Positions 1 to 11,405 of a stretch of DNA of 64,000 nucleotides are shown piece after piece. Origin of the DNA: Carcharhinus longimanus (taxonomy: Eukaryota). Made by a program: the position numbers and the translations under genes. Below the pieces are notes generated by a model. The model ran no database searches and was not told the DNA's origin. It saw only the letters and a list, made by a program, of their open reading frames with translations. Every line of letters begins with the position of its first letter. The stretch's first letter is position 1. The stretch is taken from contig JASCQW010000027.1 of the NCBI GenBank assembly GCA_030264375.1, positions 45,049,034-45,113,033 of the forward strand, in the 5' to 3' direction.

Positions 1-193
1 TAATAATAGAAATAAAAACAGGAATCTGTTTTTTCATTCCCTGTATCCTTCCTGTAGAAACTCATTTTAATAAAATAAATGGAGTCGATCATAAATAAAA
101 AACACAACTTATTAATGACATCACAGTAATATGTGCATTTGTCAAAGTTCCACTGATGTCAACACCAGTCAAGCAGCCCAGCGATGGTTGTTT

Positions 194-500
194 CTAAAAT
201 CCAAAATTTTGAAGACTTTTCTTCGTCCAGAGTTTGCTATAATTGTCAACTTTAAATTCATCTTCAAATTGCTTCTCTTTCATTCTAGCTGTTTTGGAAA
301 CATGTTTGTGCAATCTTGCTTTCCTTTCAGCTTCTGGCAGAATGGAAACATCGACTGGCATCATATTAATTTTTTTAGGCTCCTTGGTGTTGGATATTGA
401 TAGTGGATCCATCAGGTCGAACCACCAAAACAGGATACTGCCTGGCATAGACCTGCCTTCCAAAGTGAACTACTGATGTTGTATTGGAGTTATTCCGCCT
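194..500 (-). pseudogene. MRPL55: Processed pseudogene of mitochondrial ribosomal protein L55 (MRPL55), antisense in the last USP45 intron
   Basis: Minus strand reads NSNTTSVVHFGRQVYARQYPVLVVRPDGSTINIQH, then after a 1-nt frameshift near 385-392 KEPKKINMMPVDVSILPEAERKARLHK...EDEFKVDNYSKLWTKK. This matches recalled MRPL55 ([59 protein letters not shown]). No intron. Confidence 0.85.
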
Positions 501-799
501 GGGTACACTGACACAGGATATACAGCAGGAAGCAATCTTTCAGAAGGCACAAACCGCCACAGCTGCTCACTCCAGCCCAGGCGCACTGCCTCGGATTTTT
601 TTTGAACTGCGTATGTGCAGTTCAGAGATCTGAACGATCTGGCAGCGCTAAGCCCTGCCCACAGCGATTGGGGCCAGCAAGAAGCGTATGGGCGTGCTGA
701 AACGAGGATTCCAGTCTCGGATCCATATTATGCCCGGATCTGGCCCTTAGTCTCCGATTGGTAAAATCGGGCCCTTAGTTGTTCAGTTGTTCCCCATCA

Positions 800-1260
800 T
801 TCATGACTGAACATGGCAGAACTGCGGTGCTTGGATCTGATCTGTTGGTTGTGGGATCACTTAGCTGAATCTCTCTCATGTTGTATTCACCGGTTAGAAT
901 CCAGGTAGTCCTGTGTTGAAGCTTCACCAGGTTGCCACTTCATTTTTAGTTATGCTTGGTGCTGTTCCAATCATGCGCTCCTGCAGTCTTTATTAAACCA
1001 GGGCTAATTGCATGGCTTGGTGGTAATGAGAAATTGGGGATTATGCCAAGTGAGGAGGTTACGGATTATGGTTGAATACAATCCTGCTGTTGTTTGTCCA
1101 TTGCAACCCATGGATGCTCAGTTTTGAGTTGCTAGATCAGTTTGAAATTTATCCCATTTTGCCTGGTGATCATGCCACATAACACAAATGTGAAGATGGA
1201 GCTTGTCTCCACAGCAGCTGTGCACTAGTCACTTCTACCAATCGTGTTGTGGACATTATT
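800..1260 (-). mobile_element. Degraded non-LTR retrotransposon (CR1/L2-clade) fragment
   Basis: Resembles recalled elasmobranch LINE sequence (gcttcaccaggttg...catggatgctcagttttgagttgctagatc). No intact ORF. Confidence 0.5.
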
Positions 1261-1479
1261 ATTATTTTCATTTCATTTTCTATATGGACTGTATTCTGTT
1301 TTCTCAGTTTCTCCATCATTGTTGTTTTGATAATGTTATCTTCTACACCAGTACTTCTGACACGCCTTCCATTATCCTCAATTGACAATTCCCCAACCAC
1401 TGTGATTGGGTGGGCCCACAGCTGCTGCCATTCTTATGTTTCTGCTCTCGCCTCTTTCATCTCCTTCTCAGAACCACAG

Positions 1480-2410
1480 TAATGATCCCTTCTCCTCCTC
1501 CTCCACAACAGCCTCAACATTCAAAGCATCATCCTCTGTCATTTCTGCCACTCACGACAGGTTGCTATCACCAAACACATACGTCCATCCTCTCTCCTCT
1601 CTCCATGATACCCCAGTCCATTTCTCAGTCACCCTCAACACCCTCTCCTCTTCCCATCTAAACACAGGAAATGCAACATCTACCTTTTTACTTCTTCTGT
1701 TTTCACCATCCAGAGTCTGAAATCCTCCTTCCAGGTAGAACAGTGATTTACTTGTGCTCCTTCCAATTTAATTCAGGATGTGACCCCTGGGGAGACCAAA
1801 TGCAATTGGGTGATCACTTGCAGAAGACCTCCAATCATTGCGCAAGTATAATCCCAAGCTACCAATCACCTGTCATTTTAATTCTCTGCCACACTCCCAC
1901 TCTAACCTCTTCTCACACCATTCCAATGTTCAATGCAAAATCATGGAATAGCACCCCATCTTCTTAGTTAATCATTTTATAATCTTAGGAACTCATAAAA
2001 CTGAGTTCAACCATTTCACATCTTGGCCTTTGCCTCCATTTCCTTTTTTCCCAAGGCAGCTGTTGGTGATGATTCTGCCTTCCCCATTTTACAGCTCCTT
2101 TGAATCCATTTGTGTTTATTTTACTTTCCCCATTACCATCTCCTTTTATCTTTTTCCATCGTCGGCTTTATCATTTGATCTTTTCATCCTTCCACCCTTC
2201 ACAACACTAATTTTGCTTCCTCCCCCAGCACTTGCCATACTTCCGTACTTCCTTCAAACCTGTTGCAACTAATTTTTTCCAGTTCTGACAAAAGGTCTTC
2301 AACGTGAAATGTTAACACTTTCTCTCTACATAGGTGCTGCTTAGAATACTGATTACTTGCAGCACTTTTCTGCTTATATTTCAAATTTGCGGCAACTGGA
2401 ATATTTTACT
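1480..2410 (+). mobile_element. Penelope-like retroelement relic: GIY-YIG endonuclease region plus terminal repeat
   Basis: Degenerate coding similar to FQVKQRFTC...GETK.RLGD...PVACHFNS.PHSHS at about 1725-1910. Terminal segment agttctgac...gaaatgttaac...tctctctacataggtgctgc at 2281-2400. Confidence 0.65.
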
Positions 2411-2619
2411 TTAGAATAATGTCCAGACTGTGTTAGGTACATGCACACCACATGGGATGTTTGTCCTTCTCTCTGATGTATTTTACGAATTGCAACAGAG
2501 TGCGTAAGAAATGTGAGTGGGGAGGCGGGCTAGCACCAAAACATTGCAGTTCCAATATAATTTAAAGGCGCCTTAAACCTTACCGCCTCACTTCCCATCA
2601 CCCCATGCCCCAGTTGCCC

Positions 2620-2850
2620 CTGCCTCCTCAGATCATCCATGCTATCACATGACGCCTCAGATCCCTATCCAACTCCATGCCCCTTCAGCCCCCCAGCCAA
2701 CCCATGTCACATCCATTCCTCCTCAGATCCCCTATGGACCTTCATGCCCCCTCAGATTATTCATTCCAATTCCATGCTCTTCAGCTCTTAGCCACTCCCA
2801 TGCCACATCCATTCCTCCTCAGATCCCCTGTGCCACCTCCATGGTCCCCG
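2620..2850. repeat. Degenerate C-rich tandem repeat, period about 96 bp
   Basis: cccatgYcacatccattcctcctcagatcccct occurs at about 2701 and 2797; the sub-motif cctcagat recurs five times. Confidence 0.7.
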
Positions 2851-4165
2851 TTTATCCTCCATAATCACTCACCCGGTAAGCACTACATACACTGCTTTGG
2901 ATCCATGACAATAGCAGTGGGAATTATTTCAAAATTAGTAGGAAAAAAAATTAATCCTCTAATTTTCTAATAAAACCATGAACACACTATCATTGATACT
3001 AGAAAAGAAAATATTCCAGTGCAAAAGAGTTGTAAACTTTTAAGTATATTTTGGGTTTTGTAAACAAATCAAACATATCAAATGCATATTCTTTTATTGT
3101 AGCCTCTTAAAAGTTTTAGTCTTTCAATAGACTGCATGCTGATTTGAAGCCATTCGCAGCTTTTGAAACCCAGCCAAAATATTTATAATGGCTACAGCTG
3201 TCATAACAAAAGCTTCCAGCTTTATTGCCTGAAACTGACAGGACAGATTGTGTTCCATTTCAAAGCATAGTATCTGTCAATCAATGAAGGGGAGCAGATG
3301 CAGAGATATTCTTCAACTTCCAAAAACTTTTTTTTTAAACAACCAGAGCTGTTCAATTTAAATCACAGCACACACATGATAGCAGGGATGGAAGGAGTGT
3401 TTTTTACACACTTTCTAATGCTTTAGGCACTTTGAAAAGTACTGTAACACACAAGAACAATTGCACAATGTTGGTCAATGTAAGGGTCAACTTTGCAGGA
3501 TAGATGAATCACTGCATTAAAAATGCATCTATATTACAATACAGCTTCCAATGGTGACACTTGAAGATGTCAAAATATTTTACAAGTACCTGTCAGAATA
3601 TTCCTGACTCCTCACCAGACTTCCACCAGTAATCACAAACTCCCTAAGGTGGTGCATTTTTAGAGCTTACAAAGATAGCTTGCAGGAGGAAATCATTTTT
3701 CTGTGGCCCTCACAATGAGGACCCTGACCTCAGAAATGTTTGTGTGTTTTGTATCCAAGACCTGCCCAACCTGCCAGAAAGGTCACATGAAAATGGTAGA
3801 GTGAGGAAGGCACGGGAAAACTGTTTTTCCAGCAAGCAAAACTGAAGTTTAGCATTTGCTGACCTTTACCTTTGCATTAACATAAGACTGAAAATATTGA
3901 AATATTTGTGAAAAGGTAGCTTTCTTTATAATTCTGTAAGTTGGTTATGGAGAAAAACACTTTATATAAAATAGCCAGGTATAGACATCAAAATATTCCT
4001 CATCGTACAATGAGGCCTAACTTTTGAACTTGTTCTTTATTTCAAATTCCTACATTTTTAGAGCCACTACTTTGAAGAATTTAGGAGTAATCAGTTTAGG
4101 AAGAATGCAGTGTTGTAATTAGTTTGTGTTTAACAGATTTACTCATGATGATTTTTGCTTTTCAG

Positions 4166-4293
4166 GTTTCAGAGATGCTGGAGCACCACCAGGGCAGTGG
4201 GTTTATGTGAATGACACTCATGTACAGACAGTTCCTGAAGCCAGGGTACTCAATGCTCAGGCCTATCTATTGTTTTACGAACAACTCTTATAA
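4166..4293 (+). CDS. USP45: Last coding exon of ubiquitin carboxyl-terminal hydrolase 45
   Basis: Acceptor ttttgcttttcag at 4165. Encodes (G)[41 protein letters not shown], a USP catalytic-domain C-terminus similar to recalled human [33 protein letters not shown]. Position next to PNISR favours USP45 over its paralogue USP16. Confidence 0.9.
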
Positions 4294-5153
4294 AGGCATT
4301 TTATTTTTAGGAAATGTACTGTAAGACAATAGGCTTATAACACTTTTTGCTTTGTTTCAACTTGTTTTGCTTCTTCAAACTTTTCATGCGACCTTTTCAT
4401 TAAGTTATCAGGACATCATGATCAAAATCTATTGCAACCAGCAGTAAAATTAACTGCAAAAAAAGTATGAATGTATGTAAATACAGTGGAAATGGATGTT
4501 TACTTACAAATGATGCCTCTAATATTGCATTGTATTTTTTTCCCAGATTTATATTTTGACTTACTGAAATGCAGGCATTTTCATTATGGTCATTTTCATT
4601 TAACAAATACTTTTCAACTCCAAAAAGATGTTTTGATTGCATTTGCAAAGACTGACCATACATGTTCAAAAGTGAGGAAGATTATTCTCTAAGTATTAGA
4701 GTTGAAATAGTTATATTTTCATGTTTCATTAGTAATGATATTTACTGTCAGCAATGGAAATAAGGGCATATCAACTGAGTAATTATGACTTATTATCTGA
4801 TATTTTTTAAATAGAGATCATTTGGTTCGTTGGAAGCCCATCTGCATTTCATGCTGTATACACATGCATGATAAAGCCCCGCCACAAATTTTGAATCCTA
4901 TACATGTCCAAGAATGAATAGAACATAGAGAATTCTGTGCATTTGGAGTGTCATATCTGTGTTAATTCGCACAAAGCATAATACCAGAAAGGTACACTGA
5001 TGCTCGATGCATTGAGGTCTCTTTCAGTACCTGTACATTTCTTTATGGATTTAACTTGCACAGTTTCAGCATGCTATTTAATTTATGCATCTTTGTTCCT
5101 AATCTTTATTGATGCTCATGATGATAAACATATTTCATACTTGAGGATATTTT

Positions 5154-5439
5154 AATAAATAATTATCTCCTAGCATGTGTTCGTTTGTATTTTTAAACAG
5201 TTTAACCAATAAAATCTAATTTTTCAACCAAAAGTTATATTTTAAAGAAAACACTTGCAATGTTATATTTATAATGACTCAAATGCTGACTGAAGAAAAA
5301 TAAGTGGTTTTATGATCAATTTCCACCACAATTTCTTCCCGATGAGGTAGATATGGAATTGTATGATTCCAGTCAGGGGAGCTAACGTATCCCACTCTGG
5401 ACTAATTTGATTGAGCTGCTAATATGCTTTTGGAATAAA
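5154..5439 (+). terminator. Candidate USP45 polyadenylation signals
   Basis: AATAAA at 5154, 5208 and 5434 in the AT-rich 3'UTR. Which one is used cannot be determined from sequence. Confidence 0.35.
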
Positions 5440-8059
5440 ATGCAATTGACTTTTCCTTTTAAAGTAAACAGCCTCCTAATCCTTTTTTAGAAGTATTTTC
5501 TTCCAAAGTAGTCTCTTGAATCATATAATTGTAGCGAGGATGTTTCCTCAGAGAGTGAATTCTTGAGGTTATTAAACATATCTTGGTGGTCTTGTGTCAC
5601 AGAAAAGGCACTTATTTCCTGAATTGGAAGTTAAACAACCCCAAACAGTGTTAGTGATCCTCCTTATCTTGTGGAGCTGGCATTGCATGTATTTACTTCA
5701 ATTTACTTGGGTCTGAATGGATGCCAATACTTGAGTAAATTGAATTCACATTTGTGACTGTTGAAGAAGAGACTCTCTCGATACGCTGCCTCCATCAATA
5801 GATTATGTTGTTAACATGTTCCTTTTTTGTTTTACCAATGACAGCGATAGCATCTACTATGCAGATATACCCTGATACTTCACAAGTATCTTGTCCATGT
5901 ATTTTTGAAAGAAGTCTTTTCTGTTACACCGCAGGGTAGTTGTTGAAAGCAATAACATTCAAATGGAGTCCAGAAAGTAATCAACTCCTTTGAATTCTGG
6001 GCCAACTGAACTGACCACTATCCATTCTTTGCATCTAGTTTCAAAAAGAAAATGCCTCTGTTAAACTAGTATTTAATTCCTGCAGCATATTTTATGGGGC
6101 AGCTCTTTAACACTCTGCAGATGTCTAGGCTCCAGACATACTCTGACCCATCATTTTTGAAAACACATTATGGAGATGCACCTGTCTGAGACTTCCTAAT
6201 CTTTGCAAATTATCCCACTTGTTCCACCTTGCCCAACTCAAATGTGACCTTGTTTTTAATAAATCTTCAAGATTTATATCGGAATGGGGGAGGGGGGAGT
6301 CACTGGATCAAACAGCATCTTCTTGTAACTGTAAAATTGTATTTAAGTCTAAAATTACGTATTGTGTCAAAACAAATTGGGTATTGAGATATAATTTCTA
6401 CTTGATTATGTTTACCTCCAGTCTTCCACCAAGGAATTTTCATAGGAGATGAATAATGAATACATGTGTTTGTTACAATAATTTACAAATTCAATGGATT
6501 TTCCTCAAATAAACCCTTAGTCAACATGGAGATTATGGTTTGCGAATGATCAAAGATCATTCCAGGCCTTAATTATTCTTGGTGTTGGGGAGGGTTGTAG
6601 TTAGCAAAAAGGTGTACAGAGTTGAGTTGGAGCTGTTGGTTACTAACTCTTTGAACTCTGTCACTTTTGGGCTCAATGTACTGCTTAGAATTTACTCGTT
6701 AATTCAAAATTTAATAGTTATGTCAAGCTACATGCTTTTCTTCAGTTTTGGAGACTATGCCAGCCTAGTGATGTGGCCAACTGGGGAGATACAAGAATCT
6801 CATGAATAATTCTAATGAAACAAGCTACCCATCATTGAACTTTCTCAATGATGATAATACTTTTAGCAACATACGAGTCCGAGTGGTTACATCGTACTGT
6901 TAAAAGTGTGGTCTAACCAATGTCTGGTCCAACATTTCCTTTACCACAGTTGAAAAGTGATAAAATATTTATTTCTTGAACATGAATACTTAAATAACTT
7001 GGAGGCTGTGTATTGACTTTTAATATTCCACTTTAAATTATTTCAGATGTGGAATTCTAAGATAAGGCATTCTTCAACTTCAAAGGGGGGATCATGCATT
7101 GAGTAGTTTGGTATTGATGGACATCAAATAATGCTGATTTTGTTGAATTTCATCCCTCATATATTGACACGTTTGACAAAGATCATTTAGGTCTTCTTGA
7201 AAGCTAACTTCATCTGCTCTTCAGTAACGGCTCAATAGACTAGGTGGCCATCTGCAAAGAGTCTGATTCTGTCCTGGATGTAATTTATAAAAAGAAACAA
7301 ATCTGGGCCTAGGGTGGTACTCTTAAGACTGATTTCCAGTTTGAGGTTTCTCCATTCACTGTGACTCTGTTGCCATTTGGTAAGAAATCTTCTTGCTCAT
7401 TGCTTTATTTTTTCTAAGACTCCATAATGATCTAATTTGTCTAGTAACTTTGCACGTGGTTCAAGGTTAGCCTTGTTAGCTTTGGAAAAATCTAAAATAG
7501 CTAGATCTTTGATGATTGGATTGTCAAGGTTATAGGTCAGATTGTAGATGGTAAGGATGAGCTATTGATCTAGCTTATGAAAGGCATGTTGGTCATTAAG
7601 GATATTCTACCCTTCAAGATTTCATTAATTGATATCAATGATATATTCTAATAACTTACAATAAACACTACTAGGCATGAAAGGTCCATTGGAGGTCCTT
7701 TCTTGTGAATTATAGACGTATTTGTGGTTATGATCAGAGGTCCTAATGATGGCAGTACCCCAGGAGTCAATTCAAGGAATATAAACAGCAAAGAGGAAAA
7801 ACTGGTAAAAGGAGAAAATGCAGAGACTGAAATTATGGTTCATATATGATCCAATGATTTTGGAAAGAGTAAAATGAAGGTCTTGAGGGAAGAGAGTTTG
7901 AGGAGTTAGGTTCTAGACTGAAATGAATTAATCCTGCTACAGCTAGGCAAATTGAGAAGCATTAAGGACAATGATTGATTGCTAGAAAAGTTGTGCTGAT
8001 GGGAAGGATTCAGATCCCTTGGATATAGGAACAAATTCTGGGTAATGGAGATGCTATAC

Positions 8060-9290
8060 AAATGGAGAACCCAACTTTCCCTTACTGGTCTCCTTATTAG
8101 CTGATATTGTAAATGGGTCTCCCTCGTCAGCTGTTATCCTGTTCCCTTTGTTATTAATCAGTCAAAAAAATTAAACGTTGACTTTTTCCATCCTTGAAAA
8201 CTCTGTCACAACTCCAAATTCTTTTTCCTTTCCAAAATTCCCTGAATGTGTTGTCATTTCCTAAATCTATTCCTGGCATCCTCAGAACTGCATGTTTGAA
8301 TTCCTCCGATGAGGTTTCCAACCCTGCTACAGTACCTAAACAGTTCTTAGTAAGTCACAAATGATATCCAATGTGATTCTGNNNNNNNNNNGTAGGGTGG
8401 GATTTTCCAGCTGCGCTTGCCCCGAAACCAAAAAATCCCACCCAACGTCAATGGACCTTTCCATGGTTATCAGACTGCTTATCTAACATTCAAAACTAGA
8501 TGAGCAGAAATTTTCACCAATTAAATACTGGGGAGTCCATTCTTTTTGATCCCCATTCTAAACTCCATTCCTTAGATACTGTCTCTGTCTTCATCCCTGG
8601 GAACAGTCTGAGACTAAAGCAGTCTGGGTGCAACTTTGGTGTCACACATGATCCTGAGGTGGGCTTCCAATCTCATAGTCGTGTCATCTTTAAGACAAAC
8701 TATTTCCACCTTTGTAACACCACCTGATTTTTTCCCCGTCATTCATTCCTTTGTTATCTCTTGACTTGACTATTCCAATACAGTCCTGGTTGCTCCTCCA
8801 CTGTCAATTTGAGTCATTGAAAACTCTACTGCACCTGCCTTAACTTGCAGCAAGTCCCATTCTCCTGTCACCCATGTGCTCGCTGAACTATATTGGGTCC
8901 CCAGTCAAGCAACATCTTTAATAATTATCTTTCTTGTTTTCAAATTCCTCCATGACCTCACCTCTCTCTATCTCTGTAATATCCAGCCCAAAACACACAG
9001 ATATTTGTGCCCCTCTAATTCTGGCCTCTTGAGCATCCCCAATTTTAATTGCTTGATCAGTGGTGACCATGTCTTTGGTTGCTTAGGTCCCAGTTCCTGA
9101 AATACCCTCCCTACACCTATCCACCACTCTTAATTTGCTTTCCTCCTTTAAGGCACCTCTGACCAAGCTGGCCAAGCTTTTAGCCATCTGACCTAATATC
9201 TTCTTATTGGGTCGTACTTTATTTTATAATGATCCTGGGAAGCACCTTGGGACATTTCATTATGTTAAAGGTGCCTCAAATATCTTGTAT
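8060..9290 (+). mobile_element. L2-clade LINE 3' fragment
   Basis: Degenerate RT-region coding (CLSNIQN*MSRNFHQLNTG...AELYWVP...LVFKFLHDL) and an L2-like tail. Confidence 0.7.
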
Positions 9291-9689
9291 CCAAGCTCTG
9301 ACAGGCAGCAGCAAAAGTGGGCAGGGACAAGTAATGTTCCAAAACAACCTTGCCCAAAAGCTTCCCCTTGAAGAACTAAANNNNNNNNNNNNNNNNNNNN
9401 NNNNNNNNNNNNNNNNNNNNNNNNNNNNNNNNNNNNNNNNNNNNNNNNNNNNNNNNNNNNNNNNNNNNNNNNNNNNNNNNCCTAATCCTGCTTTCTCCCC
9501 GTACCCTTTGATCCCATTCGCCCCAAGAGCTATATCTGGCCGCCTCTTGAATACATTCAATGTTTTAGCAGATAAGGCATTGCGACTGTTTGTTGCTATT
9601 AATCAAAAAGACAAAACAACCATGAATTAATTTATTAGCTTACTTTCCCACCACTAGATTGAAGACTGAATGAGTGAGATACCTGGCGT

Positions 9690-10290
9690 AGTTATTGCTT
9701 ACACAAGTTGTCCATGTCTGCCTGCACAATGTCCATCTGTCGAGTGTAATTTTGATTTTTGTCTTGACGTTTTTCATTCTTGGAAAAAACTGTTTGCAAC
9801 CATGTGAACTGCCAAACAGTGCAATGAAATGAAGGGCATGTTATGATAGATTTGGCTAAGCCTCTGAGGGAACATATTGACTGTAAAATGTCAGAAGCTC
9901 ACGCACTGAGAAGGCTCCCTTCAGATCACTGTCATTTTGGATCTCAGTTAGTTCCAGTTGGAGCATGTCGTGAGCATCAGTTCCAAATGGAGCTGCAAAC
10001 AGCTTCAGTTCATCACAGGGTTCCTGGAAACCTGCAAATCTTTGTTTGAATTAATCTCTCAGGCTGTCGATCAGTGCAGAATACTGTTGGAGGTTTGCTA
10101 CATCAACGTGCCTTATTGATAGCATTGTGAAAGAGACCATTCTCTTCATAATCAACTGTTTCTGAATCAATTCTATCTTCTGAATGAACGCTTGGACACG
10201 CTCATCCATTTTGTTGACAAATTGATCCTTTCCTTGTAGCCTCTCACTCCCGTCTCCCAGATGCTTGGGTGATGTCAAATAAAAATACCA
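9690..10290 (-). mobile_element. hAT (Charlie/SPIN/GTF2IRD2-like) transposase relic, C-terminal half
   Basis: Minus-strand motifs in order: LQGKDQFVNKMDERVQAFIQKIELIQKQL, KLFAAPFGTD..DMLQLELTEIQNDSDLK, ALFGSSHGCKQFFPRMK (hAT dimerisation motif, SLFGSTYxCEQxFSxMK type). Broken by stops and frameshifts. Confidence 0.75.
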
Positions 10291-10514
10291 TTAGGGCAAT
10301 CATACTCAAAATTAGCAGAGTGTTGTTTCCGGTGAGCAAATCCAGTATATTTACTTCCAGAGAAATCAGCCAGTTTTCTCTCCAGATCGGTGACACTCTG
10401 CCAAAAATAAATCAAGGGGGGTGTGTTTCATGCCGTCATGCAGTGGGGACAGGGCCTAAACATGCTGGCAAAACCTGGCTGCACAGAGATCTATACTCAC
10501 TTTTGGGGGGAGGG

Positions 10515-10795
10515 GCACAACATGTGGCACAGTGGCTAGCACTGCTGCCTCACAGCAGCTGGGACTTGGGTTTGATTCCTGACTTGGGTCATTGTCTGTG
10601 TGGAGTTTGCATGTTCTCCCCGTGTCTACATGGGTTTCCTCCGGGTGCTCCGGTTACCTTCCACAGTCTAAAAGACGTGCTGGTTAGGTGCATTGACCTG
10701 AACAGGCGCCGGAGTGTGGTGACTAGAGGAATTTCACAGTAAATTTATTGCATTGTTAATGTAAGCCTTACTTGTGAGTAATAAATAAAGTTTAA
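10515..10795 (+). mobile_element. tRNA-derived V-SINE/HE1-like SINE
   Basis: A-box-like tggcacagtggctagc, B-box-like ggtttgattcc, core gggtttcctccgggtgctccgg, tail gtaagccttacttgtgagtaataaataaag. Confidence 0.8.
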
Positions 10796-11299
10796 AAGAT
10801 CAACATAGATATTTTTTCTGTGAATATTTCAGCCATTGTTAAGGTTTCCCATTGTTGCTCACTATGAAGTAGATCTGCTCCCAAAATTCAACTGAATCTT
10901 CTATTAGTGCAATCCAGTGTTACATTCCCTCCAATTATCCATTTCTCATTTATATTGGAAGCTTTTTTTTTATTTCTGACTCCACATGATGACTTAAGAG
11001 TGGGAACTCACATAGAGGATTGTGGCTGTGAGCTCATGTCCAGTGCCCCATAGTACAATATTTTGCTATTCCGGTAAACTGGTATCCCGCTGTGTTTTAT
11101 TAAACTATTTCATATTGAACGTTACAATAATATTTGCCAAATTCATCAGTAATATGCAATAAAACAAGTTAGTAAGAAGGTCCGATGGTGAGCCTTTCAA
11201 CTGCACGTTATTCACCAATCTTGGAAAGCTGTGCCCAACAAAACATTGTGGCAGATATAAATCAACACCATGAAACAGATTAACTGACTACTTGTTTTG

Positions 11300-11405
11300 T
11301 TACAAGACCAGAGAGTGCTGGATAAACTCAGCAGGTAGGGCAGCATCTGTCAGGAAAAAAACAGTTAACGTTATAAGTCTGTTTGGCTCTTCATCAGAAC
11401 CAGAG
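11300..11405 (-). mobile_element. Penelope-derived terminal repeat fragment
   Basis: Reverse complement of the 2281-2400 type segment (gctggataaactcagcagg...ggcagcatctgt...gttaacgtt...ttcatcagaac). Confidence 0.55.

Noticed and set aside
550-776. CpG-containing segment ending ggtaaaatcgggccc, possibly a DNA-transposon end
   Set aside because: No partner inverted terminus or target-site duplication found, so it was left unclassified.
10515-10590. tRNA-like A/B box sequences here and in other SINE heads
   Set aside because: They continue into SINE bodies and do not fold as cloverleaves; not tRNA genes.
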